Positions 12,419 to 24,000 of a DNA stretch of 64,000 nucleotides are shown here, piece by piece (the first letter of the stretch is position 1; every line of letters starts with the position of its first letter). The notes under the pieces are model-generated. The model was not told the DNA's origin and did no database searches. It was given only the letters and a program-made list of their open reading frames with translations. The DNA is from Balanoglossus misakiensis. Lineage: Eukaryota > Animalia > Hemichordata. The translations under genes were made by a program, and so were the position numbers. The stretch is taken from contig CM082591.2 in NCBI GenBank assembly GCA_040954595.2, forward strand, positions 5,053,009 to 5,117,008. Reading direction: 5' to 3'.

Positions 12419-15188
12419 GTGAGTATATAGAGTACCGTTCGACTCTTCATGAATGACCTTTAACCTCTAGCGCAAACCACAGATTACCTGCAATATATCC
12501 ATGTCTGTATATTTATAAGATCATCCAGTGAAGTAAATCTTTATACTCATAATTGTCATTATGTTGAGATGTTGACTGACAGAGCATACGGTACATGTAA
12601 CTGCCATAGTAGGCTAGCAAAAAAGGTTGAATGGAATTATCTCGAGACATATTTCTGTATGTAGGTACTGTCAAGTTTGTCGTACATGTCTGATGAGGAA
12701 GTGAAAAACTTGACAGATGTTGAAAATATGTTTGTGAAACTGGAGAGTGTTGCTATGGCGAATATGACTCAGAGGTTTCGAGTTGCTGTGACTGGCCTTA
12801 ATTTAATGCTACTGATAAGATTAGGAGGGAGTTCAAATTTGGAACGAGATAGAAAAACTTCTGTACATCTATCAATTAGTTGCAGCTTATTGATTGCTCC
12901 TCATGCATATATCCACCTCAAACTTCACTGCATTTAACCATTCAAGAAAACCCCTGGCGAACTTACTTATCATTACTGAAACTGTCCATATTTTGACTTT
13001 TTTTACAGACAAGCGAGTGGACGACTGGTTTCTGATGGCCTCCCCTGTCCCGACGCTAGCAATCATCATGGTGTATTTCCTAATCGTTATAGTTGGCCCG
13101 AGAGCAATGGCAAACAGACAACCATTCAAGCTGCAGTATCCAATGATTGTATATAATTTCTTCATCATGGGACTATCAATACATATCTGGACACAGGTAA
13201 TACTTTATACTGCAGTTTTCCACAAGGAACAACCTACTTCAGAAAACCTGCAGTCTCAGTAGGAATTTTCCAACCCTCATGTGCAGATACAATTTTGAAT
13301 GGTATTCATTTTATTTCATATGCAGACTGAACATCGATAAATATTGATTTATTGACTAAATGTGTGGTCATGAAGTACAATACACAAAGGGCAAACCCTG
13401 CCTTTAAGTAACCATGGAAATTTAGAGCACAGTGCGTGAAAACGCAGTCATTTCCAATTGATTTAATATTTAGCATACAACAGGAACTACTAGAGACTGG
13501 TATTATTTGCTATAATTTCTTGGATTCCCCCCCCCCCCCCTTAAAAAAACTAAAAAGGATAGTACATGCATTGATTTAACAATTAAATTATCCTCTCTTT
13601 ATTTCAGTGTGTATATCATATGTACATGGCTAGTTATAGTTTGTCCTGCACTCCAGTACGGTATACAGATGATTATCATGAACTCAGTGTAAGTATTAAT
13701 ATGGATATCATTGCTGATTTCCATTCCTATAAAACGTGTGTCATCCATAAAATATCTAGTAAACTATCTCGTTATGTCTTGTACACAGAGTGGACCTACT
13801 CAGAGTTGATTGATTCCAATTCTGAAGCCCTTAATATGGCTGTATGGATCTTTATTAATGTACCACCTGCATATGGTGTGGTATGATTTATGCAACTGAA
13901 AAACCTACAAAGTGTGCCTGTTTTATTTGTGGGCAGGGACAGCAAAATCATTTATAGAATTATTCCAAAAATAGAAAATAAATTGTCTGTACAAACAGAG
14001 TACATCTGCCACAAAAATAGATAAATTGTGAACTGCTATGAAAATATTTACTATAAAAGATAATGTTATTTGACAGATAATTGGTCTAGAATTTATTTGG
14101 AGTTTTTAAATGTACAAATTTTTTAATTAAAATTATCACATTCTTTACTTCATACAGATAGCTGCAGCGCTGTGGTGGTACTATTTTTCCAAATGCATTG
14201 AGATGTTAGACACTGTATTTTTCATTCTGCGCAAAAAGAACAACCAACTGAGCTTCCTACACGTCTACCATCATTCCACTATGTTTCTACTCTGGTGGAT
14301 TGGCGTCAAGTGGGTACCAGGTGGACAATGTGAGTGTCATTTAAAATATAGTGTTTCTATCCCAGGTGGACTGTGATAAATATTCATATTAGTGTACCTG
14401 CCCTGGATGGCTAAGATCAACATGGAAATTATATTCTTGATTCAATGAAGGATTTAATATTACCTATGGATGCCTTCACCACACCTCAGCTAAAAACTTA
14501 CAAAAAACTAGAATTGACAATGGTTTCCTCTTTTTTTACAGCCGTTGTTGGGGCAACAATCAACTGCTTTGTACACATCACCATGTATTTCTATTATGGT
14601 CTTTCTGCTTGCGGCCCACAATTCCAGAAATTCCTCTGGTGGAAGAAATATCTGACCATTATGCAATTGGTAAGTCTTAATTAATATATACTGCATGGCT
14701 AGTTTTGGAAATAAAGTTATAAACCATTGATTTTTTCAGAAGTAGAAACAAAGGAGAAGGAAATAGAATTATAAGTAAAATTGTACTTACCAAATTGGTA
14801 AAATTTGGACATCAAAATGGATTAAAAATGGCCAATAGCATGAGTTTTATTGTCATGTGACAGCCTTGTGACAATCATGTGATCTCATTTGTTTTGCTTA
14901 TCTTCACAGATTCAATTCTTCATAGGCATTGCCCACTCTGTTCAGTCTGTCTACTTTGGCTGCGACTTCCCGCTGTGGATGCACTACGCCCTGATCGGCT
15001 ACGCCATCAGTTTCATCGTCCTCTTCACCAACTTCTACTTCCACGCCTACATCCAGAAAAAACGAGACAGACGCCTCAAGGCAAAGCACCTGCAGAACGG
15101 AGACAGTAAAGGCATTGGACAGAAGGAGAGAAACGGTAACACGATTTCCAATGGGCATGTTAAGTCAGAGAGCAAAAAAGACCAATGA
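12352..15188 (+). CDS. ELOVL4: Very-long-chain fatty acid elongase, ELOVL4-like, 304 aa, 6 coding exons
   Basis: Exons 12352-12418, 13009-13196, 13608-13688, 14158-14329, 14542-14669, 14910-15188; all GT-AG and phase-consistent (915 nt). Motifs KxxExxDT, FLHVYHH (HxxHH), [32 protein letters not shown]; C-terminal KKDQ ER-retention signal. Confidence 0.93.
13009..13196 (+). CDS. ELOVL4: ELOVL4-like coding exon 2
   Basis: ttttacag| [13 protein letters not shown]...IWTQ |gtaata. Confidence 0.93.
13608..13688 (+). CDS. ELOVL4: ELOVL4-like coding exon 3
   Basis: atttcag| [27 protein letters not shown] |gtaagt. Confidence 0.92.
14158..14329 (+). CDS. ELOVL4: ELOVL4-like coding exon 4 (HxxHH catalytic motif)
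   Basis: catacag| [57 protein letters not shown] |gtgagt. Confidence 0.95.
14542..14669 (+). CDS. ELOVL4: ELOVL4-like coding exon 5
   Basis: ttttacag| [21 protein letters not shown]...[11 protein letters not shown] |gtaagt. Confidence 0.95.
14910..15188 (+). CDS. ELOVL4: ELOVL4-like coding exon 6 (terminal)
   Basis: cttcacag| [10 protein letters not shown]...NFYFHAY...SKKDQ*. Confidence 0.95.
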   Translation: MQFFIGIAHSVQSVYFGCDFPLWMHYALIGYAISFIVLFTNFYFHAYIQKKRDRRLKAKHLQNGDSKGIGQKERNGNTISNGHVKSESKKDQ

Positions 15189-15267
15189 GATGGCAGTATT
15201 AGTTCATGTGAATATCATGTGACAAACATGGCCGTCATAAAATTGTGCCTTGTTCGTGCTATGGTAT

Positions 15268-15361
15268 TAGTCTCGGTTACCCAGACGCCTTTGCTTCTTC
15301 CGATGCTCTCCTTTTCTGGAGAGCATCGGAAGAAGCAAAGGCGTCTGGGTAACCGAGACTA
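15268..15361. mobile_element. 94-bp perfect-palindrome MITE with 10-bp TSD (AcademH-like termini)
   Basis: Perfect 44-bp arms (TAGTCTCGGTTACCCAGACG...CGAGACTA) around a 6-nt loop; direct repeat GCTATGGTAT at 15258-15267 and 15362-15371. TAG...CTA termini with 9-10-bp TSDs fit AcademH (family assignment is inference). Confidence 0.85.
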
Positions 15362-16127
15362 GCTATGGTATATGAATCAATTTTCCTGAGGCGTGATATC
15401 TCAATGGACACCTTTTCATTACAAACTGTTTTATGTATAAGTAGAAACTTGTTGCATATTTGAAAAATGTGGAAATGCCGATTGTATTTATACTTCATTT
15501 GTTTTCTATCTGTTAGATTGGGATGTTCCACAGTTCAGAAATTCTGATTTGTTTATGTTTAACAAGAACAAGATATATGCAAGTGTCTTTCACCGGATAT
15601 ATAACCATGTTATCATCATACATGTATGACTTCCATGTGCTTGAAATTTCAAGATCAAGTCTCAGCAACAAAATTCATTATGACCATGTCTTGATTCTTC
15701 TTGGATACGATCCAGAAAATGTGCAACAGAAAATCTTGAGTATTTTCAGATCATTTTTCAGAGTTTTTGTGTAGGTAATTACAGGGGGACAATTACAGGG
15801 TTGTGGCCACCACGTTATATGGGGGTTGGGGGTGGAGGAGGGCTGGGGAGTAGAAACTCATTCATTGTTATACAAATGTGTAAAAGTTCTTTCAGGAAGC
15901 CCTCAGGAGATTAAATTTAAGTGAAAAGTTCAAAATGAACCAAAACAACTCACTGTGTGATTTTTTTTAGATTTCGTATATTTATATTTAATTTTATGTA
16001 CCAAATCAAATGCATAAAATCTGTATTTCTTTGATTATAATGATATTTGTACATTTGTATTTTCCATAACAATTATGAACTTGAAGGGAGGCAATCATCC
16101 TGTGGGCAGTTATGGGTACAAGTCCCA

Positions 16128-16702
16128 TTGCTAGCAATTCAAATAAGGTGCCAAATGTCACAGTTACAATGTACATCATTGCAAACATTGTGTTGTTACT
16201 TTGTATTACACTATAGTGAAACTGTTACAATATACATCATTTCAAACTATGCATTGTTACTTTGTATTACACTGTATTTAAACTGCTACAATGTACATCA
16301 TTGCAAACTATTTTTTGTTACTTTGTATTACACTGTAGTGTAACTGCTACAATGTACATCATTGCAAACAATGTGGTTGTTACATTGTATTACACTGTAG
16401 TGAAACTGTTACAATGTACATCATTGCAAACAATGTGTTGTTACTTTGTATTACACTGTAGTATAACTGCTACAATGTACATCATTGCAAACAATTTGTT
16501 GTTACTTTGTATTACACTGTAGTGTAACTTCTACAATGTACATCATTGCAAACAATGTGGTTGTTACATTGTATTACAATGTAGTGAAACTGCTACAATG
16601 TACATCATTGCAAACAATGTGGTTGTTACATTGTATTACACTGTAGTGAAACTGTTACAATGTACATAATTTCAAACAATGTGGCTGTTACTTTGTATCA
16701 CA
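16128..16702. repeat. 62-bp tandem repeat array (~8-9 units), reverse orientation, copy 2
   Basis: Reverse complement of the 4950 unit; preceded by TTGCTAGCAATTCAAATAAGGTGC, the reverse complement of the copy-1 flank. Confidence 0.93.
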
Positions 16703-18232
16703 TTCTCACACTAGTTCAATACATTTTTGGGTTGTGATGTCTCCATAAACCTTGCGAGCAATGCCGAAGGCATGATATTGAACAGAAAATTTGCACATGT
16801 GCAGTTCAGATGACTGCCTACCTTTAGTAAAAAAAATCCAGTCTTCTTTTCTTGTCAGGCCGTAAACTCAAGTAGCTTCTTAACTTCTGATCGGCCTGAA
16901 TGTCTGAAATTCAAATTTGTAAAATTTACTATTGAAAATGAGATCACTGAAATTTTTTGAATCAAGCTAAATAAAGAAGCATTCTCTTCCAGTGTTGTAT
17001 TTTAAATAATGTTTTGATGTTCACCATGACTCAGTGCAATTCACAAGAAACAGCAGTTTACAAAACTTGAGCAGGCAGGTTGCAGTCTAGAGAAATACTA
17101 GAGGTTCTGAAACATGTATTCGGCTACCAATTCTGCTGTAAAATAAAATTTTGATACCAGTGTAATCATGAAATTTGTTGACAAGACTACTGCATGCATA
17201 ATCACCCTTGGGAATGGACGTACCTCAAATACTCCAGGAAAATAACTGGAGAAATTCCTGGAATGCCGTGACTTGGGAGCACACAAACCCTTTCTTCAGA
17301 TCAGTGCTTTGTGCCAACTGTGTCCACTGTGATATGCCCTCAGTGGCACATATTATAAATCGTTTGTTTGAGTACATGATTGTTCTTTCCTCAGGTTATT
17401 ACCTGTAAGAACAGAGTATTTATTGTAGTGTTAATTTTTGTAATTTTTATAAGAAAAATTTTCAATGAGAATTATCAGTATAAAATGAATTACCTTGTAA
17501 ATGAAATTAATGTTATACAAGACTGAGATAACCCTGCATGCTCTTATATTCTTCCCACCCCTATGCAGTGGTTTAACCCCATTGTTAATCAATGTTTGGG
17601 TTTGAACCATGTAATAGAATAGGGGTGTTACCATGGATTAATTGTGGTTTTGTATTTTCTTCTCTTGTGTGAAGTAGACATAGAATTTGTAGGTTGTATC
17701 GCATGCAAATGTACATTCTGTTTTTTAAACCATTTAGGACCTGACCTATATTTATGTCTTAACGAAACTGTGCGCAATTATGTGCTTGTTTCCAACAAAA
17801 TTTAAATCTTGAATCACTGGCAGCTCTAGGGTCTGGAAGTGAAATCACAACTTTTATAAAAAAAAGTATTAAAAAGCATAAAAATATTGAAGTTTTCTTG
17901 TATCAAATTTTCTTTTGATTGGAACTTTACAGCAGCATACAGGACTTAGCTTTTGTGGTGTGTGTAGAAATCTTTAGAAGCATTCAGCTGTAACCCAAAA
18001 TATGAATAAAGTTTAGCATTTTACAAGCATCAAAAATGATTATGACTCTGGTTTTATTATTTTAATGTCAGGGGCTTTTATGGAGTAAACTGTAACACAT
18101 TACCAAATGCACACACTCATATGAATATCTTGTTCAGAAAACAATTGTAGAAGTGAATGTACGCATTAAACTGACATGTCAATTACCGTTGGTGAAATTA
18201 AGTGACAAAAAATCCACTGATATTTGTGTCAG

Positions 18233-18244
18233 AATAAATTTATT
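18233..18244. terminator. Candidate bidirectional poly(A) signal between the convergent ELOVL and ETS genes
   Basis: Perfect palindrome AATAAATTTATT gives AATAAA on both strands. Confidence 0.3.
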
Positions 18245-19934
18245 TAAGACAATATAAAATTCATACATTTTGAATATATAACATCACAGTACAAAAATCA
18301 CAATACCGACAAATTTACATACTATGGAGTCAAACGCACATAATAAAGATTCTGTGATAGGCCAGCATGTGACCTTTTAACCTTTGGAGCATCTGTAGGC
18401 CAATCACCACTCTTGTAGCCAAATATTCTGGAAAATAAATTTCAAGGCACTTTTTTCTTCAAAACTTTCCACGCTACTTTTTTACTTTGCTACATCGAAC
18501 ATTTTTGGCACTTTTCTGCCCATGAACTTTGACCTGACGCGAAATAAAACCCAAACATTCCGACAACTTATGTCATCAGGATTTGTCACAAAATCTACAA
18601 AATTAGAAATATATGAAAGTAAAAATGGAACATATATTAAGAATTATATTTCAATCAGACACAAACAAAACTGATGTGAGAGTCAAAAAAATCTATGATC
18701 AAATGTCATGTGAAGGTCAACCCTAGAGTCATGTTCATATAAATTCCTCAAGGTCATAATCTGATTATGAAAGTAACCAATATGTGTATCGTTTTTTATG
18801 AATATGTCAGACATCTCAGACAAACCAAGTAGAATGTCAATCGTCAAACATCAGAATGTGTATTTGTGATGTTATACCGGTATGTATAAAAATATTGTAT
18901 TGGAATATTGAATGTTGTAGGTCCTGGGGTCACAAAAATTGATAAGACATCAAATTCTAGAAGTAAACAACCACAAGTATCACCAGATAAAATTCCACAA
19001 TAGAGTTAAACCACAGAAAGGTTAAGGTTCAAAAGGTCACAGAAAGGTTAAAGTTCATAGCAGTAAAATCCATAGAAGTTGAGCTGTGACAGTTCACTAC
19101 TTAGGCCATAAGTCAAAAGTCTGTGTAAGTTGAAGGCACCGAAATGGGGAGGGGGGAGGGGATGGGGAAGTACTTTACACTGAAAGGTCATTGAATGTCA
19201 TGGGTCAAAGGTCACAGAACTTGGCAAATAATCCTAATAAGATATTACGAGATCAAATTGCAATCATCAAAAAATATCCCAATCCATGCAGTCTTGTAAT
19301 TTAGCACACAATTATGCATTTTAAATGTGGCAGTTAGTTTCAGTACTTTTGCAAGTAAGAAATTCAAGCAGTTTCGGATATCCTCATTGACAACACCATA
19401 AAAGGGAAAATTATCGTCCATGTTCATTATTGTCATGTGTAGCATGTGAAGTCTATTTTAAAAATGTAAAACACTTTTCAAACGACTGACAAAAACTGAA
19501 GAAAAATAAAAAATTCACATACTGGTATGTCTAAACCTAAACTCTTAACTGACACTTATGAGCTGACAAGAAATGTTAAGAACCAAAATATTTCATCACC
19601 GGCACATATTTTCTAACTTTACAAAAATCAAAGATATGTGAATAAGTGGTATAGGGGAAGTCTTGAGTATAGGATAATTCTCAAAATAAAGTCTCTGAAA
19701 CCAAAATGTAGCTGACAGAAAAACCAAATCCCTCTTGTCAAATATTTTGAAGCTTTGAAACATGATGGAAAATACTATCAAGAGTCTAGTCTTGGATAAA
19801 GAAATTCAGGTTCTTGGTTAACATAGAAAAAGTAGAAATCTTTAAAAAACTTTAGAATGAAGTCCATGAATCTAAATTGTTTGTGACAATGTTAGATATC
19901 AAATATCAATTTATCCAAATGCAAAATCATTTAG

Positions 19935-20170
19935 ACCCTGCGAGGTCTTGCATGGCTAGGCAGTTTTTATGGGAGTCCGACATTTTCATATGACATAGGC
20001 CAAACAAATGGCCAATCATAATAAACAGCACAAAAGTTAAACACATTTTGTTAAACTCTGCACCCATACACATTCATACAAAGCTTGATTTGTGTTTAGC
20101 TACCAACCTGTTGCTATGGTAATTGACCAACTTTCGCGAGATCTCACACTAACCGGAGAATCATCTACTG
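19935..20170 (+). repeat. Dispersed repeat family copy (also 48440-48694; inverted fragment 52260-52305)
   Basis: Shared blocks TGCGAG(G/A)TCT...AGGCAGTT and CTACCAACC..TTGC(T/C)A(T/C)GGTAATT(G/A)ACCAA...CG(C/A)GAGATCTC. Confidence 0.6.
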
Positions 20171-20929
20171 TAAGGGATTAATAGTACTGCGCTGGGGCGT
20201 CTGGGATTGCTGGCCAAAAACACGCAATCTCACGTTCTGATTATCATGAATAATAAAAAAAATACATTTGATATGTTTGCAGGTAGGTGATATATAACAT
20301 CTAAAAGAGTCATATACCAAAGTCAATTTTCCCAATTCATTTCTGTGACATGACGAAAAACAACCTAAGTATCCCAATACAGTGACTGTACCATATTTCA
20401 GTTTTCAAAAAAAATATATCTGTGTTCTGTTCCGATTATACTAAATGCAAGAAGGCTATTGCTTATCTGAATACTATGATGGTTTTTTGAAGTCCACCTG
20501 TCCACCGTCCAATGGAATTACCAAGACAAATTTAAAAATTGAATTTTAAGTCTGTGGCCAGATAATGAACAACTACATAACATGAAGAAAAACCTCTGAA
20601 TGCTGAAGACTGTAGTATCTGAATTTCTTTCGAAGTCAATGAATATTCATGACAACACTTTGTAAATTACTGCAATCACACATCTTTCCTGACAAGCAAA
20701 ACACAAAAAGGACACCTGCATGTTAATTCATGTATTCATTAGCTCTGTAAATTACAAACATTTATATACAGCCGTCAAATATATCCCATGTTCCGATACT
20801 TACATAAAATGTTGGCAAAATTATGCCAAATTATGAACTTTCTTCATATATTAAAACTGTACTTTTGCTGTTGTGATATATACTACTATATACATGTATA
20901 CAGGTATATTATCACTGTCCCAAATATTT

Positions 20930-21068
20930 TTAAAGTGTGTCTCTGTCTTCTACTAAATGAGGCTCTGGTTTGACTGGGACATTATCATCTCCATCTTGAA
21001 GTGAGACTTTACTCTGGAGTTTGGAGTATTCAGGGCTTGGCTGTAGCTCACTTGGCCTCTTCAAGAAT
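20930..21068 (-). CDS. ETV6: ETV6-like terminal coding exon (RFLKRPSELQP...VKPEPHLVEDRDTL*)
   Basis: cttctttctcag| supplies the conserved ETS-terminal RF; stop TAA at 20932-20930. Confidence 0.82.
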
Positions 21069-24000
21069 CTGAGAAAGAAGATAAAATTTGCAGTCAAAAG
21101 TTACTGAAAGTTCTGTACCATGGGGCTTTAACATGGTATTATAACATGACAATGGGGAGTAGAGCGACAAACTGGGTCTGACACCCCCTCTTCCATGTAT
21201 ACGGATCCAACTTTACTATAGAAAACAATGGAATTGGACCAAACCATGGTAGTGAAAGGGTTAATCACTTGGAAGAATATGATTAAACCATGCCTGTATG
21301 TAAGTTTCTGTCCTTCTTCCTTTTGTAGGATTTTCATTTTATAGTAATATCGCAGTGCCCGTGAAAGTTTGTCGTACGTCATATTTTTGCGGTTCTTTTG
21401 ACGACCCCACAGATACGCAATAACGGTCGGTTTGATAATCCGGAATATCTGACACGACCGATCTTCCCATTTGATGTACGGACTGTACCCTTCCTCTGAT
21501 AGTAGGAAATACAGGAATTCCCACAAAAGCCGACAATCTGGAGAGATGGACAAACAGAAAATTTTTTTTTTTATATTTCTTGGGGGGGGGGAGTGATTTT
21601 CGTCGCAGTGTTTGAAGTTGGTGTCATTCAAACAAACAATCAATCAATCAAACATAATTTATAGAGCACCAGAATCCAAGAAGAAATGTGAAACATTTGA
21701 AAGAAACACTCCATTTTTTGTAAAATAATTGACTCTTTATGTAGTAGTTTCTTTGCTTAATAGTTTAAGTCTTGGAAAATGTTCCGATAATTTGTTTTTT
21801 GCTTCGGTGAAGCATCACGTTTAGGTTCCTTTAGGTATAATTATGTTGTTTGGTTTTTATTAAAATGACAACAAGGGTGACCAACAACAATGTAATAAAT
21901 ACTGACCTGAATTAGGTTTTTCTGGTTGGGAAAGAGTACTGAGATCAAGTGGGGTTGCTTGGTTGTATTCTTTGCTTGTGTCGTTCTGTACTTTCTCATC
22001 TATCATCTCTGCCTCATTCGGGTCGCTGTCGGAACAGGACACCGCGGGGCTGTGTCGGTCATCATCAGACGACGGCAACGACCCGTTTCTTGATCGGCCG
22101 TTGGAGTTGGGTGGTGTCGGTAACGGTTCTGTGTTGAAACAAGTATGAGATTTTCTGAGTGAGAATTGGTTCTTTTCTAAAATGATAAACCCTGAAGTCC
22201 ATGTTGCTCTATCTACTGACACACCTGAAAGGCTCAATATTCACTAGCTTTTGATTGGCTAACTTCAAATTCTTATACATTAAACGATTGATCTGATTGG
22301 TTGACTGTAATTTCTTGTACATAAAATATTTGGGGAAGAGTGAAATCAATTTTTTTCAGCAAAAAAATTAGAGCTATTAAAGACAGAAAAATAAAAATAT
22401 TCTCCTGTATGGTACAGTCCCTATATATGTAAGAAGCACTGTACTATTGTTATTGTAACCAATTTATGTCTGAAATTTCAATTACCAATGAGAACAATTT
22501 TAGATTACCTTGTATGTGTCGTACAATAATTGACTGATGTGAGTTAAGTCTGCCCTCTTCATGTATTCTTCTTTCTTGAAAGGTTTCCGTGGCGATGTCA
22601 AACCTACCATCTACCTGTAAATTTCCTGATGTAAAAAGGTAGAACAAGTATACAGAATATTTCATTAATCATAAACCAAAAGGATAACTTTGATATTGGC
22701 CTAATCAAAATAAAATTGGCAAAATAAGAAGACAAAGATGGAATAAAAAAAGTAAAGCATAATTTTGTGATTGGAAAAAAAATCAGATTAAATGCAGATT
22801 GAGAAGGTGGCATAACTATACAAGTCTAATCCCCTACACCTCCTTGGACATCAAATGGTATGGCCCTAGAAAGTTCTTTCATCAAAGGCTTCTGAGTACA
22901 TTCACACAAGAACAGTGTTGTAGTGTTAACAAGGTGATATTTTGACATTAGACATACCTTGCTTTGGGTTGAGTTGGCAACCAGGTAGAGCTGGCTGACC
23001 TGGGCTTGTGTCGTGATCGTGTCGAGCTGGACTGATCGGCGACAGTGGTGGGTACTTCGGAAACGGCTGGAAAAATTCTGCAATGACAACAGTGGGCAGA
23101 AGAGTGAATTAGAGGTGTTACTGTTATCCCACTACTCACTAAGAAATGTTAAGGCCTGAAGTAAATCTAAAGTAAAATACAGGTTTAACAGCAGCAACCT
23201 ACAAGTGTACTAGTTGTACTAGAAGAACTGATTGAGTTTAAAGAACTAAAACAAAGTAATCAAATGTTAGTACCATTGGGGCGCTAGATACAGCTTCTTA
23301 TTTGGAGTACTTGACACATTAAAGCAGTTAAACATTTAATGATTTGATCTTTCACTGAGAGACACCTTGCACAGATATTTCGGCACCAGTACATGCCTCT
23401 GCAAATTAGGAGTTTGTTTTCATCAAGTTTAATGACCCGTACGAGAACATCTATAGATACAAAGTATGTCAAGATGGGTGTGGTGTCCCTAAACTAACAA
23501 TGGCTTTCTTGTGGTTCTAGACCACCAAGACATGAAGTCATCACCAAGGCATGTCTTCCGAGACTAAAATAAGAAACACGGAAGAGGGAAGTGGATAAAT
23601 TCAGTGAATAAATCCGAAACACACAATGAGTTGACGGCGAAAGTTCTGAATGGTTTTCTTTTGGAGTCTTTCATCGTTTTCTGAAAGGACGAGTTGAGGT
23701 TTCGAATGCCAGTAGTCGGGTGTATTCACTGATGCAACTGAATGTAAGAATGAATCGATGATTGATTTCCTTGTTTCTACATCATTGCATCTGTGGCTAA
23801 ACTACTTTCATCCATAAAGTCCCAATAGCTGCCACTTTTAGGATATTTTTTATCGATAAAATAATTCAATCTACTCTTTATCCTAAGCCAGCAAAAGGCA
23901 TCATTTTGAATTTGTGGAGAGTCTAACACCAATATGCACACCCCATAATAGTTTTCATCTCCTCGCTGCACGTGGCAGCTGAATAAATAGGTGTGACACT

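Noticed and set aside
16047-16522. Cys/Tyr-rich ORFs here and at 5178-5375 and 39261-39461
   Set aside because: Translations of the 62-bp satellite.
19000-19220. Clustered AGGTCA/AGGTTA half-sites as a nuclear-receptor enhancer
   Set aside because: Explained by a short local duplication and the common TGACC-rich repeat; lies in the probable 3'UTR.
21128-21293. ETS ORF read-through tail (HGLIIFFQVINPF...)
   Set aside because: It lacks the conserved RF, runs into a piggyBac-like MITE fragment, and a proper terminal exon exists at 21068.
22826-23139. ORF-track frames over the 22958-23077 exon
   Set aside because: Splice phase selects the third frame (EFFQPFPKYPPLSP).
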